In this document: positions 38,201 to 49,426 of the stretch, piece after piece
Position numbering within the stretch: the stretch's first letter is position 1
Layout: every line of letters begins with the position of its first letter
Source: Geosiphon pyriformis uo1
Lineage: Eukaryota; Fungi; Glomeromycota
Assembly: GCA_016748015.1 (NCBI GenBank)
Contig: JAAOMT010000295.1
Coordinates: forward strand, 744,001 to 808,000
Length of the DNA stretch: 64,000 nucleotides
Reading direction: 5' to 3'
Notes under the pieces: generated by a model
What the model was told of the DNA's origin: nothing
Seen by the model: the letters and a program-made list of their open reading frames with translations, nothing else
The model's database searches: none
Position numbers and translations under genes: made by a program

Positions 38201-39350
38201 TCCACTTGTCTTGGCATTTTGGATATCCATAGCATTCACGGTGGTATGGTTTGTAATAGTAATAAGTGCATGTCCAGTAGTCTTTGTCTGGCACAATCCA
38301 AGCTTCTATTGAGAACAACTTCTTGTTGCAGTCTTTACACTTGAGAGGAATATGCAGTGGCTCTGGTGGTTTCATTGGTTTCAAGTCAGTTTTCTTTCTT
38401 TTCTTTCTTTTTTTCTTGATTGCTTTCTTTCCACCCTCAGGTTGATGGGTCTTCTTGATTGTTGTTGATTTTCCAGACTCGGTTAGTGTTCCAGATAAGT
38501 TCTTCTTTTCCTTTTTCTTTTTCTTGGTCATTGTCATCCCAGGCAAGTATTGGCGGCAGTTTGTTGTAGTTGACATCAGCTCACGACACTTGGTATGCTT
38601 TCCAAGTGGGTTTTGGCTTCTCTTCCTCCAAGTCAATTAGTGGGGCTGGCATGTGACTGGGTTTGAAATGGCCACATGTTGCTGGTACTTGTGTATGTCA
38701 GCCATTTTGGCTAAGTTGCAACTCTTGAGTGGTCCAATCGAGGATAGTATTTGTTTTGGTGAACCAGTTATTACCAACTAGCACTTGGTACTAAGTGGCT
38801 TCCATAACTAGTACTTTAATTAGGATAATTATGCCATTGACTTCTATAGAGAAGTTATCAATTTTACTAATAGGGGTTTTGGTTGCTCCATTGGCAGTGA
38901 TGATTCTTGTGCTGGCAGTTCGATCAACTCAGTGACCTAATTGATCTATGAGTTGTCTTGTGATAATGTTGCCAGCTAATCCACTATCTAAGATTAGTTT
39001 GATGGGGTGGTCATTGACTTTTACATCAGTATACATTGTCATGATGAATTTTTCTTCTAGGGCGGCTCTACTGAATAGTAATACTGTTGTGGTTTTTTCG
39101 AGTTTGAAAGGGAATATAGCAGCCAATGTTTCGTTATTGGTGATGGTGGCTGGAGATATGTTGTTGGTAAGTGCTGGTTGTCGATTGGCTTCTGAGTTGT
39201 GGGAGGTGGCATCTTCTGGAGTAACCAGGAGACTTAAATAGTGTTGGGAATTCTGATTTTGGGTGAAATTGGTGCCCAAATTCTGTTGATGAGATTCAGA
39301 TTGTTGTGTTGATGAACTGGGGATCAGTTGGTAAACTATCATTGCCAATC
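35229..39350 (-). pseudogene. pol: Gypsy C pol: PR, Cys-rich domain, dUTPase, RT, RNase H
   Basis: ORFs 38929-39348 (LILDSG), 36507-38636 (709 aa) and 35502-35807; RT motif YLDN (from YLDD) at ~36020-36031. Confidence 0.9.
37058..37450 (-). pseudogene. dut: dUTPase domain within Gypsy C pol
   Basis: NAGFDL, ASRSNL, GIINTRY, KIAQ, RGIQGFRSTG. Confidence 0.9.
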
Positions 39351-41500
39351 TTCAGTTTTGTTGTGTCATTCTCAGCCTTTGGGTTCCGTTTTGAGGTAAG
39401 TTTTGTGGTGGTGTTTGAATTTGGGGTGTTTGATAGATTAACTGGGACTGCAGCTGATAAATTGTTTGGGGTGGCAGTTAATAAATTGCTGGTGGCTGTG
39501 GTTGGTAGATGGCCTGTGGTTGATATATTGGAGTTTGATATACCAGTGGTTGATAGATTGGCTGTTACATTATGGACTGGTAAGTAGATTGATCTTGATT
39601 TTGATAGTTATTCGGGGGTTTAGAACCAGCAATCAGAGTTTCGATATCGATTTCTCAATCATGAGTTGCTATAAGTATGGCAATTGACTCGGATATGGCC
39701 TTACTTACCACAGTTGTGGCAGACACGCATTTCTTGCTGCCACGACTGATTTGGTACTACTGATGATAATAGACGTAACTGATTTTGAAAACAGTTTGTG
39801 TTTCTTGAATTATGGCATCGTTAGGGTGGTTGATAAATTGCATAATTGTCAGCTAAGTATCCCTCTAATTTCTGATTAATTAAATCACTAAATTGTTTCA
39901 ATTTGGAATCCAGTTCAGATGATCCATTCATTACTAAGTTTACGGCTTGAGTATGATTGGCCTTTAACTCTGCTGACTTGAAATCTCTGGCATGTGTAAC
40001 TGCATCTTAAAGGGTGTTAAGATGCAACATATATATATATTGCAAGATGCTACTGTGCAAACCACAAATAAACTGGTTGAGGATTTGTGGCACTGTAAAA
40101 TAGTCAGCATCAATTGCTTGAATCTGTTACAGATTTCTATGGAAGCATCCCAGGTAAGTGGTAACTGCTTCTGTTTCTCTTTGTTTGATAGTAGTAAAAG
40201 TGTTGGCCAAGCAATTAATACTATTATTATTACTAAATTATCTCAAGAACTCCAGTTTGAATTCCTGGAAGTTTTGTGGTCTGGCTGCTAAACTTTGATA
40301 CCAGGAATCAGTAGTATCCTAGAGAAAGTATGGAATTGCCTAGAGGGCTCTTTGGTTGTTCCAATTATTTGCCATGATTGTTTTGGTGATGTCATTGATC
40401 CATGCCTAGACATTATCCTTTCCGCCAGTGAACTTCTCAAGTTTTGCGATTGGTGCAAATGTCATGAGTTGTTGTTGTTGCTGTAGAGGTGGTACTGGTG
40501 GCTGTTGAATTGGCTGTTGTGGGTGTTGAATCAGTTGTTGGAGTGGCTGCTGTTGAATTGGTTCAATAATCAGTTCAATTGGTGGCTGATTGATGATAAT
40601 TTCTGGAGGTAAGTTTTGCTGATTGATTGTTTTGGAGTTTCAATTATCCTGAGTTGATGGTGTCTGAATATTCAGAATTTTAATTTCTGGGTTTTCTGGC
40701 TTTAGATTTGGCTGGATATGAGGATTCAGGGTTCCAAATTCTGAGTTTTCAGTGATCAGGTTTTGGTAAATGAATTCTTAATCCTCGGATTCTTCTTTTT
40801 CTTCCTCTTTTTGTTCTCCTTCCAATTCAGTAATTTCCTATAGACTTATTGTTCTGAAATTTAGTTGAGGTGACAGAGATCAAAATCCTAATGGCATTGG
40901 TAATTGAGATTTAAATTCTTCAAAATATTTACCGTATAGTCCTAATAGATCCTCTTTCCTTTGTTTACTTTGAAATAGAAATTTTTCAAATGCTGATGTC
41001 ATGGTTGCTGTGGACGTACCTGTTGATGTTATATTGATGATGCTTCCAGGTGTATTATAATATGATGAGTTGGTTGGTGATTCAACCCTTGTTTTCTTCT
41101 AAGTAGGTGGTTGTATCCTTTGAGGTGTTCCTGTTGGTGTTTGTAGTTTTCCTTTACCTTTACTTGCATAAGTAATTGGGTATTTTTGCTGTGTGTAATG
41201 TTTGATTTCTTTGTTGATCTCAGTGATGATGAATGTGAAATTATGATTTGTTGGTAGGCTGGTGTTTTGAATTAATTCATTGTAAAAAGTTTCTCTTGCT
41301 GATTCAATATTTACTGATATACCCAACAAATATGCAATTCTCTCATTGACATAGAAATTGAAGACTAATTCTGCTAATATGTAATTATAGTTTAACTCTA
41401 GGTATTGGCAATAATGTTGAAATAAGAATTTCACAAATCCTAGATGGTTTGCTCCTATGCTTTCTGATTCTGCCACTTTTGGATGAGTTGTTGGTGCTAG
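39350..41500 (-). pseudogene. gag: Gypsy C gag with N-terminal extension
   Basis: Capsid region ~39950-40470; knuckle CHNCGK*GHIRVNC at ~39680-39722; ORF 41099-41476 is homologous to B 18571-19062. Confidence 0.8.
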
Positions 41501-41517
41501 TTCTCTGTAGAATTATA

Positions 41518-41534
41518 CCTCACAAGGAGCACCA
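41518..41534 (-). promoter_or_regulatory. Primer-binding site of Gypsy C
   Basis: TGGTGCTCCTTGTGAGG next to the 5' LTR. Confidence 0.8.
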
Positions 41535-41536
41535 AA

Positions 41537-42329
41537 TGTTACAAGTGATTATTTGGGATCTCAAATCAAATAACAAACCTGTAACTTGGTGCTCAAAAGC
41601 TGTTTGCATTCAATAGTAATTTGAAGATTTTGTAGTCTGAAGGTTTGGTTGGAGTCTTTTGTATAATAGACAGAGATTCAATAGTTGTTTTATTCGTAGC
41701 TTCTCAGAATTGCAATTCTGTCAATTTTTCTCTTGGCATGGTGGCCAGCAATCTTCTGGTAAGTATTCCATATCTACTGTATGTGTTCTACCCACTTACA
41801 GGGGTCTTTTACCAGGCAATCCTTGACATTAATAATTCAGTGCTTTAATTTTTAATCAGTTAATATTCCATAAGGAAAATCAATAAAAAATAAAAATAAA
41901 AAAAAATAAGAAAATAAAGAAATAAAAAAATAAAAAAATAAGAAAATAAGCCAAGGCAATATACAAGTTAGTATTCGTTAATAGCCATAATCAAGAGCTA
42001 TTGTTTCAGTATAATTAAATATCAATTGCTATTAACATGAAGTGTTAATAGTGGGGTGTGGATTTGAATAGTAGATAATTTATTTATTTAATATTGGTGG
42101 ATGGGAGATTTCTAACTAAAGGATTCTGCTCTTTCTACTTCTAACATTATCACTATATATACATAATAGATGTTCTATAAGATTACTCACATTTCCAAGC
42201 AATGTGTTATGATTTTTTGAGCAATGTGCCATGTTTTCTGATATTGCTCCACATTGCTGAGCAATGCTTACGTGCTAAATACTATTCTCTTATTGGTCTG
42301 CTATATCTGTTTTCTTTTTATGAGTAACA
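41537..42329 (-). repeat. 5' LTR of Gypsy C
   Basis: TGTTAC...GTAACA; repeat of 32215-33082 with fewer U3 units. Confidence 0.95.
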
Positions 42330-45300
42330 ATGTATTCTACTGTTATTAGTTATGGTCATTTGTTTTTCAATGATTAGAGTAGCATTTGAATAGTTTTTGA
42401 TCTAATACTCATAGAAAATATAGAAAGTGTTTTGAATGTTTTGATCCAGAAAATAATTGTTTATATTGATTAAAGATATTCTATTTTGGGAATAATGCAT
42501 TTATTTATATTTGATTTTTACTAATTATTTGGGTCAGTATTATTACAATAGACAACCAATTAAGTTGTTTATGATATTTCTTGAGTTATATACTATAAAC
42601 AGAACAATCATTAAAGATTGTTTTGAATTGATTTTGAAGAATATAAGAACTATTGTTCAAAACTTTGTTGACAATAAAGGGTTCTTTTTACCAGCTAGAG
42701 GTTTATTACCATAAACATTGTCTCTGTCTGAACAGTATTCCAATACCAAGTTACTAATACTTAAAGAAAGTGTTTTATAGGGTTTTTTTTTTAAGCTTTT
42801 CTTGAAACTGTTTTATCTTTTTAAAAGCAATTATTCGTGCTTCTACCAAAGAGTCAAGAATAATATCAAGTCTTCTTTGTAAAATGTTTTTGTAATTTCC
42901 TATTGTGATTTCTTCAAAGAGTATTGTCTTAATGTTAGTTTCTATTGGTAGTGTTGCTATGTATTCATAGAGCAGATAAAAAAGTTCATAACTTGTTATG
43001 TCATGATTCACAGTTCTATAAACAAACAAAGCTGAAAACAGTACTTTGTCCCATAAGTCTGTTTCTTTACTGGTTTTGGCTAGGGTTTCATATAGTATTC
43101 TATTAAAACGTTCTACTAGACCATTTGTTTAGGAGTGATAAGAGGAAAAAAGTTTATAACATATTCCCATTTTTCTACAAAGTTCTTCAACCAGTGTACT
43201 GAGAAAAGCTCTTCTTCTATCAGATAAAAGTTCTTTGGAGCAGCCATAATAACAAATGATATCTTTATAAATGAAATTGGCTATTGAGACTGCTGTTTGG
43301 TCAGGAGTGGCTCTTGTTTCTACCTACTTTGTAAAATAGCCAGTAGCTGTGATAATATATCTGTTGTTATTAAGAGTTATTGTTAAAGATCTAACAACAT
43401 CTATACCAATTCTGTTAAATAGTTAACCAATAAAGATTGGATGAATATCTTCTTTGTGATTGGATTTGCCTCTTCTTTGACAAATGTCACAGGTTTTAAT
43501 GTATTCAGCAATGTCTTTTTCCAAGGTAGGCCAATAATAATAAGCTAAAGTTTTCTGAATTGTTTTTGTTTTTTCAAAGTGTCTAGCTAATGGGTCAGTG
43601 TATATGTTATATATTATAATTTCTTTTTTTTTAAATCTGATAATTTTTTAAGAGTGGTCAGGATTTTTTCTGTTTCTTTTATATAATTGGTTCTGGCAGA
43701 TCAAATAGAAATTTGATTGTTTGTGCAAATGTTTTCTTTGCTGTTGAGTGTATTCTGGTGGGTATTGTCTTTTACCCAAAAATTTCATTAAGGCAGAATA
43801 GTTGTCCAAGTTCATTATTGTGTTTGTTTGTAAAAGAGTTACTAATAATTAAGTTGGTTTGGTTTGAAAGGTTGTACTGTCATTGGATGATAAGTTTAGA
43901 GAGAGCATCTGCATTTTAATGATTTGCTCTTTTGTGGTATTGAATATTATAGTCGAATTCATCTAAGTGGAGTATTCAGCAAGTTATTCATTTGTGTTCT
44001 TTTCTGCTGGTGTGAGGGATCTACTGGCATATGCTATAACATGTTTTTTGCCATTTTCATTTTTTTGTGAGAGGACAGCACCAAGTTTATAACCAGATAC
44101 ATCAGTGTGAAAGATAAAAGGTTGGTCCAGATTAAGAATTGGTTTATTAATAAGTTTTTCCTTCTGAATTTCAAAAGTTTTTTGTTGATAAGTGCCTCAG
44201 TAGTAATTGACATTTTTTCTGAGTAATTGATTGAGAAAAAAGGCAATTTTGGAGAAATTCTTGATAAATTTGCAATAGTAAGAAGCCAAACCAAAGAAAA
44301 AGCATAGTTCAGAAACATTCATTGGTTGTCTAATGTTCTGGACTTTTTTAATCTTAGCTAGATTAGGAAAGATTCTATCTTTTGTAATAAAATAACCAAG
44401 AAACTAGGTGTATTGATGTTCAAAGAAAGATTTGAATTTATCTTAAGGCCAGCATTTCTGAACAGGTCAAAAACTTTTTGCAAGTGTTCAAGATGTTCAT
44501 CCCAGGTTTTTGAATATACTATTATGTCATTTAAGTAGACCAGAACAAAGTTTTTTTTTACTGATTCAAATACTTTGTTCATTAGGTGTTGAAAGGTAGA
44601 AGGGGCATTGGTGAGACTAAAAAGCATGACTGTGAATTTGTAAGTGCCATACTTAATAATAAAAACAGTTTTTTTTCTGCTTTTTGAATTCATCTCTACT
44701 TGTCAGAATTTAGCAGTTAGGTCAATAGTTGAGAAGAAAACAGCACTATTGAATTTATCTAGCATTGCATCAATTTTGGAAAGTGAATACATGTTTCTTA
44801 TAGTAATGGTATTTAATTGGTAGTAATTAACACAGAAACATAGGATTCTACCTTTTTTGAATACAACTACAACTGGGAAAGTCCATTCACTTTTGGTTTT
44901 TTGTATGAATCCAAGATCTTTTATCTGGTTTATTTTTTTCTTAATGAACTTATTATTGTGTTAATTGGATTGATAAGACTTCAAATAGATGAAACAAGTT
45001 TTTTTTGTGGTGATAATGTGTTGTATTACATAAGTTCATCCAGGGGTATCACCTTCTTTTGAGATAACTGGGCTATTTCTAGCCAACGGATTTTTAATGT
45101 CTACTTTTTTTTCTTTAGAGAAAGGTTTTCTTTGTTTTACAACTAGTGATTGGATTTCAGGTGGTTTATTTTCAAAGGACTTCTGTACTTTTTTTAGTTC
45201 TTCTCTGGATATCAAACTAATTGGCTTTCAATTTTTGTAATAGATCAAGCAGAACTTGCATTCATCACTAGGATAATACAAAAGTTTATTATACCAGCAC

Positions 45301-47190
45301 TTGGCACAAGGGCCATGTCACCAATAACTGTATTTTGCTTTCTTGCCAGATTTTCTATCAAAGGTTCTTCTGAAGATATTATAGTAGGGCCAGCAGATTA
45401 GCTTGCCATTTACCATGATTCCTTCTTTGTTAGCTTTAATATTGTTTAGTGGCTTGTTGTTGCTGGTAAAGATAGTATAAGCAAATTCAGCAGTTTTTTC
45501 TTGTTCTTTTTGATCTTTTTCTTCATTGCTCTCATCATCATCTAATTTATCTGATTGTTCTTTTTCTTGGTTTTGCTTGAATACTGAAGGAGTTGTCCAA
45601 TAATAGCACTTAACCACAATGGGCTTTTCACCACATCTGATGATTAACTCACAAAGTTCATAGTCAAGTAATGTTTTGGCTTTCTTGAACCACTCATTGC
45701 CAACAATTATGGTGTATTCTTTTGCTTCAAATACTTCTATGTCAGTTTTAATGCTGATGCCATTGATGCAAACAAGAACAGCTTTGGCTATGCCCAAGTC
45801 TTTTTTCTTGTTACCATGTACATTGGTCATAAGCCAAATTGAAAGTTCATTAATTTTTTTACCAATGGCTTCTAGGAAATATTTGGCAATTACACTAACA
45901 GATAATCTACTGTCTAGAATTAAATCAATAAAATAACCAGCCACTTGGGCTTTGCAAATCAGAAGAATGACATTATTGTTATCAGCAAGTCCAGTTTGGT
46001 GAGAGCATTTATTGGTTTTTGGTGTCTTCTTTTTTAAAATCAATGATTTGTAAAGATCTTTTCTGAACTGTGGATGAGTCATTAATTGGCCAAATGTAAT
46101 GTGTGCTGGAGTTTCAATGAGATCTTTAACAACAGAATAGGAACCAGATTTTTGTACTATCTTTAGGGGTTCCAATTTTGGAAAATTTTTAAAAACTTTA
46201 GTCTTTGGTGGCTCATTGTTATCAGCAGTTGATGTGAATGCTTTGTTTAGGTTCAGAACAAAATCAACCTTGGCTTTTTTCTTTTTTTTTGTTGATTCAG
46301 AAGTGTTGATTGCTAGTTCATTCATGTCATGGTCAATATCAGGTAAGTTAAAAGCATAAAAGAGGTTTTTTTCTAATTGGCTTGTACTTTTACCCTTTAA
46401 AGATGTGCCTACCAGTTTAAAGGCTGATAAACAGTGGCTTCAATTAAGGAATCCTCTCCAAAGAAATTGATGTTAACATAATTGAGTTTTTGATTGGAGA
46501 TATTGTTGTTAATGGTTCTGTTGTTTTAATTATCATTGTTTCTGAGAGCTGGAGAAAGCAAAGAAGGATTGTTGCAATCTCTTGAGAAATGTTTAGTTAA
46601 TCCACAGTGGTAGCACACAGGTGGGTTACGATTTTGCTGTCTTTAGTAAGAAGACTGCTAAGGCTAATTGAAATGTGGTTCAAATCTTGGTCTTTGTGGT
46701 TGCTGGTTATCTCTGACTGCTTGGGCTAATGGTTCTAATAGCTGAGCAAGATTTGCTGTAAGTCTATCTATCAACTGTTTATTGGGGTCTTGAGTTTGGA
46801 TGGCAAAAGAGATAGCAGCCATTGGTGAAGCAAAAGCCATAACAGGAGCAGAAACAAAAACTAGAAGAATAGATCCCAGATACATTCTTTGGTTATCTTC
46901 TATTTTCTGAACAAGTTCAATAGTCATATCTATTGTGGAATTATTTTTTAAGGCCAGAAGGGGCCAAAAAACATATGACAGATTTGTTCTTAATCCTTTT
47001 GTAAAAGAATGAATTTTTTGCTTTTCTGTTCAGTTTCTTTTTTTTTTTTTGTTAACATGTAGCCACACTGGTTTTTTATTAGTTTAGCCACACTCAAAAA
47101 GCATGACTTTTTTATAAAGCCAACTCACCCAATAATCTAAATTACAAGATGTGACTAACTACTAAGTAGTTATGCCCAACTACATACTAG

Positions 47191-47833
47191 TGTTATGGTT
47201 GAAACTTATACTTTTTATTAATTATCACATGTATTAGCCACTGATGTCACATAAATTAGCCACTTTATTTTTAGTAAGTAATCATTGACCTGATTATTGA
47301 CCACTTTTGACAGCTATATAAGTGATGAATCTTTTAGCTATAGAAAAGCATGAAGAAATCAAGGAAATCAAAATAATAAAATAACAACTTTTATCTTAAT
47401 TTTTCTCTTATCACTAATTTTCTTTTCTCTACTTTCAAGTATCTGAACATTTTAAAGATAAAAAATTACTTGTTGGTTATTTCTTACCCTTTTCTTGAAA
47501 TGTGTAATTGTAGCATTTGAAGATTATTAAATAAAACATGACTGAAGAGTATATCTGATACCTGATATTGAATTCTAAGAGCACTGACATGAGGCATAGA
47601 ATTATACCAGACGTGATCATTTGTTGACAGTATAGCCTATCTCTCTACCTTCAGATTTTCCAGTTACTTTTGAAAAGTATAGCGACTGAGATATTTTATG
47701 AGACTGATTTCACACATTGAATCCATACTTATTCAATTCACTCATTGAAGTTGAAATCCCTTTGATTATTTTCATCACCCTACAATTCTGTTCTCCTTTG
47801 CTATCCATTAGTTTGTTATTTCAATTCATAACA
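47191..47833 (+). repeat. 5' LTR of D+
   Basis: TGTTATGG...CATAACA. Confidence 0.95.
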
Positions 47834-47839
47834 TAAAAG

Positions 47840-47856
47840 TGGTGCTTCCTGTGAGG
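47840..47856 (+). promoter_or_regulatory. Primer-binding site of D+
   Basis: TGGTGCTTCCTGTGAGG, nearly identical to the PBS of C. Confidence 0.8.
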
Positions 47857-47885
47857 TTGTCAAAATCTACTTTGTTTCCTATTGT

Positions 47886-49426
47886 ATGAGTGATTATTCA
47901 TACCTGCCACAACAATCAGAAGAACACTTTGAAGCACATAACAAAAATAATCTAGACTTTATTGAACTTAATTCTTTGTTCTCCTGCTTGATTTGCTTTC
48001 CTATTAAAAAACAATTCAGCAAACAATTCTAAAACTTTTAGAACTGGTTCCTGAACAAGTATTTAGCTGAAACCTATACAGCTTATACAACCTATTACTT
48101 TGACCAAGCTTATTTTGAAGACAACTTTGAAGAAAAAAACAACAGCATTAATCAACTTTTATACTCAACAACCTTTGAACAACAGCCTCCTGATTTTGAA
48201 TATCTGAATCATCAAATCCACATTTGGATTGCTGCTCATCAATCAACTGAAACTCCTCTTGAAACAGAAGAAGAAAGCTATTAAACCACTCCTGTTTTTG
48301 ATCTCTTTTCAAGTGAATCAGAACACTCTACACAAACAGTTATACCTAAACCAATGGCTCAAGACTCTCTGCAACAAAACATTCTGATTGCCCTTCAAGG
48401 TATACAGACTGCTTTAGACCAAAGAAACAACACTCCATTATCATTATTCAGAAGTGATGTCTAAGATCTAATTAAATGGCTAGATGATTTTGAGAGAGCT
48501 GCCACAGCAAACCAATATGATAATAAATACAAGTTCCAAATCGTTGGTGGCTACCTCCAAGGCTTTCTTGCTACTTGGTTCTCACAAAAAACTAATGTCA
48601 ATGTTCAACAAAAAATTATTAGATGGGCATCAGCAAATGCTGAAGAAAACAACACCTCTTTTACTACCTAGTTTGAAACAAAATTCAGAATCCCAATATT
48701 AATATCCAAATGGCACATGGAACTGAAAAGAAAAACCCAAGGCTCTGGAAAAGTAATGACTAAATATGCCAAAGCTATCAGAAAACTAATCAAATGTGTA
48801 GATTCTGGAAGAAACTGGACAGAAGAGCAAAAGATCCATTCCTTTACAAAAGAATTAAAAACTGATCTATCATATGCTCTTTGGCCTCTCTTGGCTTTAA
48901 AAGACAACCCAACAATGGACATGGCTATTAAATTTGCCCAACAAATTGAAGACAACCAAAAGATGCACTTGGGATCCACACTTCCAGTTTTTGCTCTTGC
49001 TCCTATTATGACTCCTGCTCCACAAATGGCTGCTACCTCTTTTGCTGCCCAAATGAAAATTTAATAGATAAACTCACAGCAAATTTTGCTTAGCTATTAG
49101 AATTTTTGGCCCAAGCAGTTAGAGAAAATCAACAACTCCAAAGACCCAGATTTGAACTCTGCTCTAATTAGTCTCAACAACCACCATATTAAAGACAGCA
49201 AAATCATGGCCCACCTGTGTGCTATTGTTGTGGACTAACTGGATACTTCTCAAGAGACTGCAACAATCTTCTATTGCCCTCTCCAGCTCCTAGAAACAAT
49301 GACAATTAAAACAATAGAACCACCAACAATAATGTTCTCAACCAAAAACCAAATAATGCCAACATCAATTTCTTTGGAGAAGATCCCCTAATTGAAGCCA
49401 CTGTTTATTAGCCTTTAAACTAGTAG
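47886..49426 (+). pseudogene. gag: D+ gag (N-terminal H/CxxC domain, capsid, CCHC knuckle)
   Basis: MSDYSYL..SCLICFP..KWLDDFERAATAN..; ORF 48717-49064; knuckle CYCCGLTGYFSRDC. Confidence 0.85.
49414..49420 (+). promoter_or_regulatory. Putative -1 ribosomal frameshift slippery site U_UUA_AAC (gag to pol)
   Basis: Correct phase in the gag frame, a gag stop follows, and the -1 frame is the PR ORF. Conserved in D- at 46415-46421. Confidence 0.75.

Larger units (their letters stand above)
32215..42329 (-). mobile_element. Gypsy family C, full-length degenerate copy with dUTPase; 4-bp TSD ATAT/ATGT
   Basis: LTR pair, PBS, gag, PR (ILDSG), Cys-rich domain, dUTPase, RT, RH, IN, ORF3 and PPT. D- ORF3 is continuous across the insertion. 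Confidence 0.95.
31053..47037 (-). mobile_element. Gypsy D copy D-: 3' LTR 31053-31719, ORF3 (split by C), IN, RH/RT, PR and gag C-half; gag is interrupted by LINE3
   Basis: Inverted homolog of 48811-54813; ORFs 31689-32156, 44358-44693, 45318-46325 and 46664-46927. Confidence 0.92.

Noticed and set aside
41645-41848. 67-aa hydrophobic ORF present in both C LTRs (also 32323-32526)
   Set aside because: The duplication is explained by LTR identity; it is antisense, starts with TTG, and has no independent coding evidence.
47840-47856. tRNA gene
   Set aside because: Only the complement of a tRNA 3' end (the PBS) is present; there is no cloverleaf.
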